Positions 25,922-40,005 of a DNA stretch of 64,000 bases are shown piece by piece. Each line of letters starts with the position of its first letter. Positions within the stretch are counted from its first letter, which is position 1. The notes beneath the pieces are model-generated. The model was not told the DNA's origin, did not search any database, and saw only the letters and a program-made list of their open reading frames with translations. The stretch covers positions 20,212,001 to 20,276,000 of the forward strand of contig NC_135259.1 of NCBI RefSeq assembly GCF_964204865.1, written 5' to 3'. Made by a program: the position numbers and the translations under genes. The DNA comes from Styela clava (taxonomy: Eukaryota).

Positions 25922-27510
25922 AAGCGTTATTATTAGCGAATTACGGCTTTTATCAAAGTTCAAAGAACGAGTTTCTAAGATACTTAGAAAATATTTTTAG
26001 TTGCGCAACTTAGGAGAACGAAAACTCTAAAATGCAGCGGTCATAAAATTAAATTCAGTCATGACTTGCAAAATATTCTGGTCCCATGACTTGTGTGACG
26101 CATTAGAGGAGAGTGCATTTTTTTAAATAGGCAAAGGGAGTGATGACAACTTTTTTCTTACGAAGAAATTCAACCCCATTACTAAATCGGAGCTATACTT
26201 CTTAAATCACGATAGTAATGACTTTTTTACTGAAAAAAACAGACTTTCAAAATTTATTACGGAATTTAATTTTATATTGTGCAGTGACACATGATGAATT
26301 TAGCTCGTTGTTTCATTTTTCATTTTAAGAGGAAAAAGAAAGAATAATCGTTTTTGTATTGGTATTTAAATCATTCGATAGTTATTTAGAAAAATACTTT
26401 ATCGGCGTCTCGCGGTTTCTATCACTTTATCCCTCGTTAATATCCCCTTACGCACATTGTCGGTGGTCAAGCTTCGATGCGCATGATTGATTATCCCCGT
26501 TTAATAGAAAATATTAATTCCGATGGTGGTTCTCGACCCGATGGTGCGGCTCGTGTTTCCGGATTCTCCAGATTCCAACTCGGGAAGGAGAAATAGACTC
26601 CGTCACTTGACCATGTTCAAACACGAGTCAAGAGGCCATGGAAATCATAAATGAATTGGCAACATTATTGAGTTCTCAGCGTTATTATTATCGAATTACG
26701 GCTCTTATCAAGTATAGAAAACTGGTTTCTAAGAAACTTAGAAAATATGTTTAGTTGCGTAACTTAGGAGAACGAAAACCCTAAAATGTGGCGACAAATA
26801 AAATTCCGCCATGACTTCCATATATTCTAATCCCGTGATCAGTATGACGCATCAGAGGCGGGTGCATTTTTTTAAATAGTTTAAAAATAGGCAAATAGAG
26901 GGATGATAACATTTTTCTGTACTCCCGAAGTATGTGAACCAAGATGGTGGACACCGGGAACGTAGTATGTGTACCAGGTTAAGGTTAGGCTATAATTTTA
27001 TTCCAAATTTACTTATTTTAGTTCTACTACGAGTTCGGAGCTAGACAAGTGACTCTCGTAGTATTTATACCTGAAATTATGGCCTAACCCTAACCCGGTA
27101 CACATAATACGTTCCAATGCCCGCCATCTTGGTTCACATACCTCGGGAGTACTCATTTTTTCTTATGAAGGAATTCAACCCCAGATTGAGATATCCTTTT
27201 TAAATTACCATAGTAATGTCTTATTTATTAAAAAAACACAGACTTGCTTAATTTACTATGGACTTTAATTTTTCATTGAGCAGTGACACATTGTGAATTT
27301 AGCTCGATTTTTTATTTTGAATTCAAAGGGGAAAAAGAAGGTATAAACGTTTTTGTAATGGTATTTAAATCATTCGGCAGTTTTTAAGAAAAATCCTTTA
27401 TCGACAACTCGGGGTTTCTATCACTTACTGTCTCGTTAATATGTCCTTACGTACATCGTCGGTGGTCAAGCTCCTATGCGCATGAGTGATTATCCCATTA
27501 TAATAGAAAA
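25922..27510. repeat. ~600-bp tandem duplication (25922-26515 and 26678-27510), second copy with MITE insertion
   Basis: Colinear similarity, e.g. GCAGTGACACA...GGTATTTAAATCATTCG...GTCGGTGGTCAAGCT. Confidence 0.88.
26918..27153. mobile_element. Merlin-like MITE subtype A
   Basis: Inverted arms; empty paralogous site at ~26150. Confidence 0.85.
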
Positions 27511-28780
27511 AAAGGCGTTAAATAGATGAGTGTTTTACATATGATACTGATGTATATAATGTCGTGTTGGCGCTTTTATCTAAGTACCATGCGTGGTTGA
27601 TTGTGAGACTTAAGATGAAAAATAAGGACATGATGGTGCACATTTTGTTTTGCACGCTATTTTTATTTTTAGCCGGGATAAAGCAGTAAACGAAAAAAGG
27701 GTGTTGCGGTTACATGCATTTATTTTTGAGCGAGTTAGAGAAGGTAATACTTGATTAGGATTGAAAACTTATTGTTTTCGAGTTGAGAAATTTGTTATTG
27801 AAATTATTAAAATTGTTTTGTAGTCACAATTTTTTTGTCTTTGTTTGTTTAATAATAGTTTTTATGGTGCATGCGGTTCTCATTTATCATAGAATATGGC
27901 TATAACTCTTCATTGAGAATGCTTTTCGACAAATCAAGCTTATGTCAATCGTGTCAAGCAATACATTCTGTCAAAATTTTAATCACCTGCCTAAACAATT
28001 TAAATGGTATGATTTAGATAAAAGTTTATTTGTAATTTTATTTATCGTTAGCAAGTTTTGCTATGAGAGAAGTAAGATATACTTCTAAAATTTGTTTGTA
28101 TCAATAGTTCCAATAGTCACAGTAAATTATTATTAATTAGGCAGTATATGTCATATGTGACAGGCAATACCTTCTGTCAAAATTGTAATCACCTGTCCAA
28201 AATTTTTAAATTTTTTACTGAGCATGTGGCTCAGAATTTTCTTAAATCCATACATAGGGTCCAATGACAAATGATAGTGATTACCAACCATGGTCAAAGG
28301 GGCAGTTCATGGTTCCGCCAGCACCAGTCCCATATGCGTCCATACAAATCCTACGGTCTATATCACTTTGGTATATTGTTTTAAAAGTAATCAAAAAATA
28401 CCACATGTCTAAACAAAATATTTTAAAAATATATAGATAGTTTATGATTTATAAATAGATGTAAAAATGACTTAGAACAGTGTCTCTCAATCAAGAAGGA
28501 AATGCAGAAATGTTACTTTGTGTTAGATGAAACTTTAACCTGACTTAATATGCAACGAATAAAAATTTGAGAACTCTATATGATGGATTCTAATTAATTC
28601 AAAAGTCCTGCTGTACACTGACATGGATATATTTTTGTAACCTTAGTCAGACGGAACGTCTCAAATATTTTCGTTATTTTACTGTTTCTTGTTGATAGTG
28701 CGAGAGAGAATTGATTAGGTTATTAATATTTCACGAATCAATCTTTCCCGAAGTGTAGCGGTGATAGATGTGCCTTGATT

Positions 28781-29012
28781 GAGTACTTCTGAAGTATGCG
28801 TACCAAGATGGCGGACATCAGAACGTAGCATGCGTACCAGGTCAGGGTTAGGCCATAGTTTTAGGTACAAATACTACCAGAGGCACTTGGCTAGTTCCCG
28901 AACTCGGAATAGAACTAAAGTAAGAAAAATTGGAATAAAATTATGGCTCTAACTTGGTATACACATACTGCGTTTCGGTGTCCGCAATCTTGGTTCACAT
29001 ACGTTGAGAGTC
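28781..29012. mobile_element. Merlin-like MITE subtype A (diverged)
   Basis: Family arms in inverted orientation. Confidence 0.78.
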
Positions 29013-29649
29013 ATAGATTAGAGTACTAACGTTTCTTTTCTAGCACAAGGTCTGAAGCTGCGTGTCGCCTGGAGGTGCGGTCTGAAAATTTAGAACAGAG
29101 TTTACCGACCGTTGGTAAGTGACAGATTGGCGTAACCAGTGGTTGGATTCTGCCGGTTCGCACCGGTTATATAGAAACGTCTCACGGAATTTTATGAGAT
29201 CAGCGAACCGGTTAGCATTACTGAATACTTTCAATGACATTTTGTAACAGAACCGGGTGAAAAATATGATTTTTGTGATGGAACCGGCTGACAAAAAAAT
29301 TGAATCCCACTACTAGTCGTAACTGACCGATTTTAGTATAATTTGCCAAAAAGTTGAAATCTGAATTGTCCGATGCAGTGGACTAATGCACGCCAGGTGA
29401 TTACGAAATGAATATTTCACGATGTCCAAACTAATCAATCTACCATATGAACAGCAGAGGTAGAAATTAGCATTAATTTTTAATGGTGTTTGCTATAATC
29501 CTATTGTGAAAATGGAATGTCATTTTGCGAGAAACCATTTGCGAGAACTTTTGGATTTAGTGGTAGGTCCTACAGACAGGGGAATAGCCGGGAAGTTTTA
29601 AAAGAAGAGGAGGGGGGATGTCGTTCTGAAATTTTTAATTGCCAAGTTA

Positions 29650-29852
29650 GTACGTAACAGCTAGCGCGTCGGCGGAAAACGGAAAGTGAGCAGACAGCCG
29701 GAAAAAGCCGGATTTTTGAGTGTTTCGATAATCTGAAAAGCATTCCAGGCTGTACGTAACAGCTAGCGCGTCGGCGGAAAGCGGAAAGTCAGCAGAAAGC
29801 CGGAAAAGGCGGATTTTTGAGTGTTTCGATAATCTGAAAAGCATTCCAGGCT
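29650..29852. repeat. 2 x ~102-bp near-perfect tandem duplication
   Basis: GTACGTAACAGCTAGCGCGTCGGCGGAAA...AAGCATTCCAGGCT twice. Confidence 0.92.
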
Positions 29853-31028
29853 ACGAAATATTACATGTATGATACGGAAAGAGCGCTTTTTTTTATTTTA
29901 CATTTCAAAAGAGGGAGTGGGGAGACGGGGGTTCTCACACCCCCACTGGGTGCGTCTCTGTCCATTCAAGCCAGATTTGTAACATTTCAAGTGTCCGCTC
30001 GCGTCTACGGTAAAGCAACATCAGTGTTTTTCGTTTGTTTTGGTTTCCGTCATATTTCACTGGTTATTGAGCCGATATGATGACACTTATGTCGTGGTGT
30101 CAAGTAGAATATTGTTCTTTAAATCTGAAAGTTCAAGAGGTTTTTTACTTGTGGTAAAAATAGTAAAAAGTTCACAAAGTTACCTAGAATTTCATTGAGT
30201 GTGCTCAGTTCTGCTGGGAGATTCAGTCAGATACCGTTTCCCCAAACAATAAGACATGCTATTATTTCAATTTTCTTTTGAAAATTTTCGGGGGGATTTA
30301 TTATAAAGTAGAAAGTATTCATTTACTTATAAATAACACGTTCTTGTTTCGCTCTTTCGACTATAGGTCTTTTTTCAGGTTAGGTCTTGTTTTTGAGGAA
30401 ACACGGTACACTGCCATTGTAGGTTAGTTATCGTTAATTTGGAAGTATTTCAAACATGGGGATCGTTCTCGAAACGTTTATTTATATGTTTTTGAAATTT
30501 AAATCGTATCATGTGGGGTAATATTAGTGATATGTACAGCTGGTTTTAGGTATATGCATGATATCTTGAAGCAAATAGTTTTTTCGTAGTTAAGCATGGA
30601 GTACCGTATCAAAAATGTTTTGCATGAACTATTTAAGTTTTCCTAACCCAAATTTGATTTGACAGTGGTACACAATAGGATAAATTTTTGAAGTTTAAAT
30701 TGAATTTTATTGATGATTTTAATATTTAGATTTAGTTAATGCCGTTGTAGGCTTAGTTATCGAGAAATGATAAGTTTTTATTTTTGAAAGATAGGATATC
30801 GTTTCAAAATCATTTTTCATAATTAAAAAGGTAAATTACCGGTATATAGATTGGAGTCAAAATTAGGTGTAATTATCCTGAGATAAAAGTAGTACTTTAG
30901 AACAAAATTTCATTATAATCGAGAATAAAATAATGTACCGAATACGTTCGGTATAAATTAGATTGGTTATAGTTAACCATTATGTAACAAATTTAAATTG
31001 ATGGCAATACGTAATATAATGAAATTTC

Positions 31029-31263
31029 GGGGCTCCCGAAGTATGCGAACCAAGATGGCGGACATCGGAATGTAATATGTGTACTAGGTTAGGGTTAGGC
31101 CAAAAATTTAGGTATAAATACTACGGGAGGCTCTTGGATAGTCTTCGAACTGATAATAGGACTAAAATAAGGAAAATTGGAAAAAATTATCGCCTAACCC
31201 TAACCTGTTACCCATGTTACGTTCCGATGTCCGCCATCTTGGTTCGCATACTTCGGGAGTACC
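31029..31263. mobile_element. Merlin-like MITE subtype A with perfect 8-bp TSD gaaatttc
   Basis: TSD at 31021-31028 and 31264-31271; ends GGGGCTCCCG...CGGGAGTACC. Confidence 0.9.
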
Positions 31264-32005
31264 GAAATTTCAGAAATTTATTTTAATTTTATTGACAATT
31301 TCAAGATGTGATATTGTTATGTTAGCGAGATTTAGATTTAATGATGTTGTAGGCTTAGTTATCGAGGAATAGCGAGTTTTTATTCTCGAAAGATAGGATA
31401 TCGTATCACGTGTAATGTTGTTACGTCGAGATTTAGATGGGAGTGCTTATATAGGCTTAGTTCTCGATGTATAGGAAGATTATGTTATGGTGCTTGTCAA
31501 AGACAGAGATACTCAACTTTAACAAAGACCCGTATACCAAACTTCAAGATTACCGAGGTACGGTCTTTCCAGCATTATATTTTGGCATCTCTAAACGCGC
31601 ACTTCTTCGAAGTTCTTTTTATATAGTCGAGTGCAAATTAGAGCAACTTATAAAATACCCATCAAATCTTTAAAAAATTTAATAAAAGGAAAGCTTTCAC
31701 ATATCCTAGGTGGGAACAATGATTCGAGAAAAATAATGATGTGCAGTACGAATCAAATACTCGGAAGGTCCGGATTCGGACCGCGGTCAGCTAGTCTTGA
31801 TGTGGGATATACTTCTAACAATGATTTTAAAAATAATATGAAATTCAACTTTCTTTTTATAAAGTGCGATTAGTTTATTGTCATTGCGTTTAGTTTCAGA
31901 TATAATCTTTGAATCTTGGAACGGAAAGGCTTTATTGCAGTTGAAAATAGGGTACCGCCTCAAAAGTGTTCTGTATAGTGGTAATACTAGAGTAGTTCTA
32001 TTTTT

Positions 32006-32220
32006 GGTACTCCCGTAGTATGTGTACCAGATTTAGGGTTAGGCCATAATTTTATTCCGATTTTTCTTATTTTAGTTTTATTACGAGTTCGGGGACTGTC
32101 CGTGTTAGCCAAGTGAATATACCCCCTACCCATAGGTTTCAGTCCCTTTACACAACTTGATGTAAAGTAGGCGAACAAAATTAGTTACCTTCATATTGGT
32201 ACACATACTTCTAATAGGCC
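32006..32220 (-). mobile_element. Merlin-like MITE subtype C
   Basis: TSD ctattttt/ttattttt. Confidence 0.85.
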
Positions 32221-35200
32221 TTATTTTTTTACGTATTAGATATACCGAATCAGATTGACCTTGGTATTTGCAAACAGAGTGGATTCCCGCGGGATAAAAA
32301 AAAATCGACTCAGAAATCCTGAAATTTTGAAAATTATAAATTTCGTCATCGCAGCCTTGGTTCAAGTGTCGATACTTTCCATACTTGCGTTAAGAGTGTG
32401 CTTGACCTTTAGCCTATGGTGATCACTCGTGACCTATGATTCATGACCTTTCCCGGATATTGTTTATTATTGCTATTTTATACGTTTTTGCAAGCTTTAC
32501 AAGTATTCACTGATATTTCCTCTTAACTGGACACTGTACTAGCATACACAGATATATAGAAATTTACCATATTTTGTAAAAATCGCGACATTTCTGGTTT
32601 GGTCTTTTCTAAAAAGGGCACAGCCGGGATTTTTGAGGAATTGGGGGAAGTGGGGGGATACGAAATTTCTAATTGCTAAGTTAGACCGCAACAGCCACCT
32701 GGGCCGGATTTCCATTAGTCTCGAAGGTCTAGAATGCGTTTCAAGCTACGAAATTTCTATGAAATGCTTTTTGTTATTATTTACATTTCATAAAGGGGTT
32801 CTGATCCGCAAATCCCGGGTACACCCGGGTGACAGACATGAGATTTGAAATCGCCAATAAAATTAAAGGTCCACGCTTTAACCATTAGGTCATCTGTACA
32901 CACTGAGTTTATTAATGCCATACAATATAGAAACTTGAAATTATTTGTTATTAAAATCTATATTTTTCATAATTTCGATCTAACACAAATATTATATTGA
33001 TGAACTCAAACCAATGAATTAATAATAATAAAGGTTACAAGTCATTTTGTCGCGAACAGCCGCGCGCACCAATAGCAACAATTATATATGCAAGTTTGAT
33101 CGAAACGTGGCTTTTCAATAGTCGTAAGGGACTAAAAAGCATTTTTTTATATTTTATTATGTGCGGTTATGAACCATCGCCCCTCAACTTTGTTCAGACA
33201 AAACGTTACAGAAATACTTTGTGTTAGTGTGCAGCAAGACTCACGAATTGCATAGTATTTTCCATTGTTTGTGAACAAGTCCTCAATCATAAGTGCAAGT
33301 CATTCAGGATTTCGGTTGCCATCACAGTCGAATGCGTTTTTACTCTGAGTTATTTACTAAGCCTTGAATAGCGAGAAGTATTTCAACCCTAAAAATAAAT
33401 ATCAATTGTGATATAATGCGTCAATGAATAACGTTTGTTGACTATTACTGTATTTACTTATTTTTTTCGCCTTTCTTAAACAAGACTTTGCACAGTCATG
33501 CACTGATGTCTCAACGATAAAGAGTTGCTATTTGTCATTGCATGGCCACTATATTACACCTTGCGTTGGGTGGTTGTCACGAAATTTGAGCCGTCATTTC
33601 AGAGTTTGAAGTCGTAGTCAGAATTTTTCTAGTCTGGAGTCCGGAGCTGGAGTCGAATTTGAAATTTTTATCGTCCGGAGTCAAGAGTTGGAGTTGGAGT
33701 CAACAATTTCAATACTCCTTTTATTTGCGCCTTTTGCGAACGACACTTGCAGAACCATGCATAGGCATCGCAACGATAAGAATCTGCTATTTTTGAAAAA
33801 ATAAGAATACTAACGGTCCGGCATCGCTTACCCAATTTATTACAGCCAGGAAACAAAATTCAAGCCGCCTATCGCTCGTCACTTCAGAGTTTGAAGTTGG
33901 AGTCGAAGTCGTAATTTTTCTGGTCCGAGGTCAAGAGTTGGAGTTGGTGTCGAAATTTCCATAGACCGGAGTCCGGAGTCGAATATTTTTTAGTCCGGAG
34001 TTAAGAGTTGGAGTCGGAGTCCAGAATTCCAATAGTCTGTTTATTTACGCCTTTTGTGAACGACACTTAGGGCAATCCGCACCAAGTCAAGACTTTTAAT
34101 AGTCCGGAGTAAGAAGTTGGAGTGGAGTCGTAATTTTTTAGCATTTTGTCCGGAGTCAAGGTAAATTTAATTTTATTTCAATTTACCTTATTTTAGTTCT
34201 ATTACGGGGACCAAGTGACTTCCGTAGTACCTGAAATTATGGCCTACCCCTCACTCGATACACATCCTACGTTCCGTTGTCCGCCATCTTGATGCACATA
34301 CTATGGAAGCACCCTTGAAAGATGTATAATTGTCAGAATCAAATAAAAAGAATATGGCTGAATTAAAATTCCAATTTGAATACTTTACTATTCGATTCGA
34401 AATGTTCTGCTTTATCCCCGGGTTAAAACGAGCAAATAAGGTCGTATTAATGACAAAATTTAGTTGAATGGCAAATTAAAACGGAAATATGAAATGTTTA
34501 TAAAAACGGAGCAAACCAGTTCAGTTTAAGGAAACGAGGGGTTATTTTAGGTTGTCATTTCCGTTTTAGGTTATTTGCGGTCATTAAGTTATAAAATTTG
34601 GTGGTTATGATGGATGGCATAGTTATAGAGAAGGTAGGTCGCTACGGTGTATCATACAGATTCGCCGCCATCTTTCCTGAGCTAGCATTTCACTAAATGT
34701 TCTCTCTGCGATCTGCGATGTTTATATGTTTTAAATATTTGAACTGTAGAAAAGCCAGTATGTTGGTCGCATGTGTCGTTCTATAGTGAATATTCATTAT
34801 TAAGGAACAATACAATTATACTAATTGAGTTTTTACGTATCGTCGGCGAGTTATAAAATATCAAGAGGGCGAATCACAACATCTCAAAATGTTGGGAACT
34901 ATTACTATTAACTTTTCTAGAATCTTTTGTACAAAGCAAAAATGTGAGATTTGATAAAAACACCCTCGACACGTTTTAAAATAACAAGTTAGCAATTATA
35001 CAGTTCGGGTTAGGAATGATTTAAAAATTTGTCTTCCAGCGCAATCTGCATTCTTAACCCTAACCCAAACTGAACAATTACCAATTTTTTTATTTTGAGC
35101 GATTTTCTTGGTGAGGGCTTTGTCCAAAAGATCTCTTTTCCGTTAAGATGATCTCAAATCGAGCAGTTTGTATTAAAACCACATCTTTGCAACTTTCAAC

Positions 35201-35629
35201 GCCAGGTTACAAAAACTCGTTTTTTTTTCGTCAGCGCCATTTGCATTCTTAACCCGAACCCTAACTGGATAAATAATATTCTTTTGTTTCGCGCGTTGTC
35301 GGGGGTGTTTACTTGACTGGGTCTTTGTAGTAAAAATCCCTTTTTTTGTGATCTCAAATCGTGTTGTTTGTTTTAAAATCATGACTTTGCAATTTTCAAC
35401 GCAAGGTTGCAAACATTTGATTCTTTTCGTCGACATCAGCAAAGTCGTGCAGGAATAACAAAAGACTGCAAATATTTTAGAATTTTTGTCAATATATGAT
35501 AAACTTCTGGAGGGATAGTGCGGTTTAATATTTGTCAGCAACACTTGTTTAGTAGCTATGCGTTTGAGTAATAGAGATGATGATTGACTTAAAAGTGTTG
35601 TTTCGTAGTCTCTTAAGGTTTGGTACGAA

Positions 35630-35812
35630 TCTACTCACTCAACGTAAAGGTGACTCATCTCTGAGCAAAGTTATGAGCACTCACTCAGAAGTAAAGAAGA
35701 CTGATATCTAATCAAAGTTATGAGCACCCACTCAGAAGTAAAGAAGACTGATATCTAATCAAAGTTATGAGCACTCACTCAAGGTAAAGGAGACTCATAT
35801 CTGAGAAAAGTT
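35630..35812. repeat. ~46-47-bp minisatellite, ~4 copies
   Basis: CAAAGTTATGAGCACTCACTCAGAAGTAAAGAAGACTGATATCTAAT. Confidence 0.85.
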
Positions 35813-38800
35813 GAGTGCGAACTCTAAAACGCCAATAGCTACTAAAACTGTACAGCAGCGGTTCCCCACCGTGAGCTCTCAGAGCAGTTGGAAGGGCCAC
35901 AATGCCAGGCGCATAACTTATTTTACTTTTCCACTTTACAAGAAAACTCGTTTTTTCTAGTTTATTGCTTGATAAGTTATTTCACAAGGGTTTCGCTTTC
36001 TTGTGCATGTATTGTTTGAACATAGATGATGGGATGAAGTCAAATCGAACTGTTTGTTTTAAACCCACGACTTTGTGCAATTTTCAACACAAGGCTGCAA
36101 ACACTCGATTCTTTTCGTCAACATCAGAAAAGTCGTGCACTAATAACAAAAGACTGATATTTTGGAATTTTTGTCAATATTTGATAAACTTCTGGAGGGA
36201 TAGGGCGGTTTATTATTTGTCAGCAACCCTCGTTCTGTATTGTAGCTAAGGGTTTGGGTCACAGAGAGATGGTGACTGCCGTATGTATATATTTTTAGTA
36301 CTCCCGCAGTGTGTGTACCGGTTCAGGGTTAGGCCATAATTTTATTCCGATTTTTCTTATCGCAGTTCTATTACGAGTTCGGGGACTGTCTGTGTTAACC
36401 AAGTGAATATTTTCCCCTGCCCATAGGTTTCAGCCCTTTTACACAGCTTGATGTGAAGTAGGCGAACAAAATTAGTTACCTTCATATTGGTACACACACT
36501 TCCTGAGCGCCCAATGTTTCAAGAAAACGAGAATTAAACAATTTAAGCAAATAAAATGTTATGACGTCACACTATTGTATTATGATGTCACCTTTGGTAA
36601 TACAACGCCGTTGGATAGTATTGCGACGAAGCTCTTTGGAGATATTACTTTACTATAGTTAGTATTTGGACGTTTGAGTGTTATGACGTAGGTTTTCTAC
36701 TTATTAGCAACCGTTGTTCAATGCGTGACTGCGGAGCTGGTACTTGGAGATAGTGTGGAGTTCCCGAAGTATGTGAACCAAAATGGCGCACAACCTGAAC
36801 CTAGTATGTGTTCCAAGTTAGGGTACTGGTTGTGCGCCATCTTGGTCTTCATACTTCGGGAGCGCCGAAAGCTGACTTAAAAAGGTTTCAGTATTGAAGA
36901 TTGAAAAAAGTCGCAATAAGGCTATTACATTTTTGAACACGAACATCCTATGGATCGTTTTGCTATTATGCTGTTGTTGATCTGGTTGGAATTCTTCATT
37001 AGAAGGGTATTACTTTTAATTATTCCTAAATTTGTTATGAATCGTATGAGATCTGATATCACATCCAAAATTTTGCTATATTTTTATTTTTAATCGAAAC
37101 ACGGTGTTTAATTCTTCCAGCGTGACGGCGTTTTCCGCTTTGACGCGACACTAGGCGAAACTCGGAGATTAATTGATACTGGTAGGTACCGTAGAAAAAG
37201 TACTTTATTTTAGACTTCGGGTCCATATATTTTAGCATCGCCCTTATGTTTTTAATATCAAGGGCCTGTCTTCCACCCATAATTTTGCCCTCAGTCGCAA
37301 AAGACTATTACTCACTTTGTTTTTCAAATTTCCTTTGACCACCCAAAAGTTTGCTGTTTTTTTCTAGTTCACCGGCTGTCATTGGCATTGCGTTAGTCAT
37401 TTGACCTTTGCATGCATTTATTTCCGCATTGTTCTCTAGAACTAATCAATCATAATTGATAAATTGACGAAGCATCGATTCACGTGGATTACGTATACTT
37501 GCAATGTCTGGAAATATACATTTCCGACGCATTTTGAATTTGAATACTGACAGTGCCGCGAGGGATTTAAAAACCAAAAAAAATGCGACCGGAATCCGGT
37601 TTTGGGCCGTTAGTAAAACCGGTTCTTCCTGAACTTCGGTTTGTAGTAAAAACTTTGGCTACTGTTTTGTTCTTATCAATACTTTCAGGCTTTCTAGTGG
37701 TCGCAAACACAAAATCTTTGGGTATTGATCTTATGACATGCGTTGTTTGCTTTGCACAGGCTACCTGTTAGGGCATTTTAATGGCATACGCCAGTTTGTG
37801 ACGCCCATCAAAAATTTTTATTCAAGTTGCGACTTCCCCGTGAAAAACGCTCTGATATCTTTCAATTTCACCTCCTTTGCAATAAGTTTTATTTAAATTA
37901 TGCCTGGAGAAAGAATTCCGTGCTGTTAATATTGAATATCCGCTTGAGCCAAAGCGATGAACGATGCTTAACAACGCTCGATGTGTCCTTGTTCATAAAA
38001 GAATTATAAATGAATGACATGATGAAACAGCCATATCCAGGTGTGTGTGATGTCATAATTGGAACAGTATCAAATCACCCGTGACATTAGTGAGGTCACA
38101 TAGTTAAGGTTGAACGTTACAATTTTTAAATTTATTGTCTTCTCCAGTTCTCAATTGTGATTCCAACGAGAATTAGACTTTTTCTACGAAACGCATTTAC
38201 AATTCCGCAAACGAGGAGAGTTTTGCGACGCCCCAGAAAATTTGAAACGACGCACTTGAGCGTCGTGACACCCACTTTGATAAATTGGACTCGGGTATAG
38301 GCTTTGCAACGCAAAGAGAATTACTCGCTCGTACCAGATCAAACTAAATAAAAAACTCGTTTCGTGGACCAGACTACATTCATGCGGGCGCATAATTTAT
38401 CCTTGCGTGTCGCATTTAACCCGCGGGCCGCAGTTTACACGTTTCAAACACAGAATACGATAGTAGCACCGCATTTTTGAGAAAATATTTGAATAACATC
38501 ACAATAATATTAAAAAGATTTTCAGAGACTCAAGAAGTCATATAAAGAGTCCCTTTAGTTCACGTCCAGGTTAAATATAGCCCACACGTTGAAAAAGTCA
38601 AAACCTCGTCTCAAAAACGTAGATATAAGCCATTATTTTCATCCGGCCGAGCATGATACTCGACTAAATTCCTAACAAATTGATCAAACTAAAGCGTCGT
38701 CTGCGAATAAATGAATAATTATGACGTCATTATCTATAATTATCACAGATTATCATGGATTCTAAAAGGTATCTTTCGCTAATTATGGACCAGACAAGCG

Positions 38801-39435
38801 ACGCGTTTAAATCTTTTATTTCCGATGGCCGTTTTAAATAAAGTACATTTATGTTTCCTTATTGCCTTAGGCAAAGAGGCACAAATAATTGTTTACGTTT
38901 TTCAGGGCGTGATGCGAGTTTTATAGTATGGCAATTCTAGGGTGTTTCGTAATACACCTTTTATATTGAGAGTCGCGGATGCCACTTTGTTATTCCGTTT
39001 TGGTTGAGTTTAGAGAGCTTAAGGTGTAGTTAGAGTGTGAATATTGAATAGGGCGTCTATAAAGTCTTAAATTTTATTTGCAAAGGAAATCGATACCATA
39101 TATTGTTTTGGTCCTCACAGATGTATTAAATGAGGTAAAAATATTTAAACAATTACTGATTAATAAACAACAAAGTTGGTTAAGATATATTGAGAACTGA
39201 CTTCATAACAATATTGAAATTGTAAAGGGACTTTCTGGACCTGTACTTTATTGTCCAACACTTATTTACCGATGTGTTCTTTTAAATTTCGCTTATCTTA
39301 CACGTTAGGTAAGACCAAGTTAAGTGAACGCATTATCCTATTATCGCCCCACCACAGATTCATGACATGCTTTCTTTGAATATAAATATATGATGAACGA
39401 ACTTGGGGTATGTGTACAGTTCAGAAACCCTAAGG

Positions 39436-39744
39436 CAGTGGTTCTCAACCTTTCATGCTCCCTTTCGGAGGCTTTTAGCACTCATGGCCCCCACTTTAAT
39501 ATTCCAGAGGTATTAATAGGGTTATTTTCATTGATAGTTTCCAAATATCATTATGTTAAAACAATTTGTACAAAAGAGAGCGAAAATACCCTGCGAAATA
39601 ACCTTGTTGAGCAGCAAACTAGGAAAAACTGAGATTTCTTTTAAAGTGAAAAGTAAATTCAGATTTCAGCCCATCCTCGTGGCCCCCCTCCAACTCCTCT
39701 GTGGCCCCCTTAGGGGGCCGAGGTCCCCCAGTTGAGAACCGCTG
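39436..39744. mobile_element. hAT-type MITE with perfect TSD ccctaagg
   Basis: CAGTGGTTCTCAAC...GTTGAGAACCGCTG; related copy at ~8809-9127. Confidence 0.88.
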
Positions 39745-40005
39745 CCCTAAGGTTTAGTTAGAGTATGGACACTAGATTGTCACACCACTCACTTTGTAAT
39801 TTCTTTTTTTTATTTTATTCAGTTTATTTTAGCTTAAGTAAGACTAGGCTCTTATCCGATTATTGCCCCACCACTAAATTTCCTATCCGTTCCGTTTTAT
39901 CCCGAACCTTTTACGTTATGAACTTTTGAGTTGGTGCAGATCTCCGACAGTATGGAGGATTATAAAAGCGACTGTTGGTAAGGTACTATCAGTTAAAATG
40001 GTGAG

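Noticed and set aside
34655-34676. AAGATGGCGGCG on the - strand followed by a GTATGA donor-like site (possible first exon or YY1 promoter)
   Set aside because: Only 14 coding nt, and no linkable downstream exon was identified.
37059-37300. 73-aa - strand ORF or + strand exon-like pair
   Set aside because: The implied intron is too short (~30 nt), with no motif or partner exons.
38928-39010. Hydrophobic mini-ORF MAILGCFVIHLFILRVADA as an alternative signal-peptide exon
   Set aside because: No convincing in-phase donor; exon 42300-42326 gives a cleaner signal peptide.
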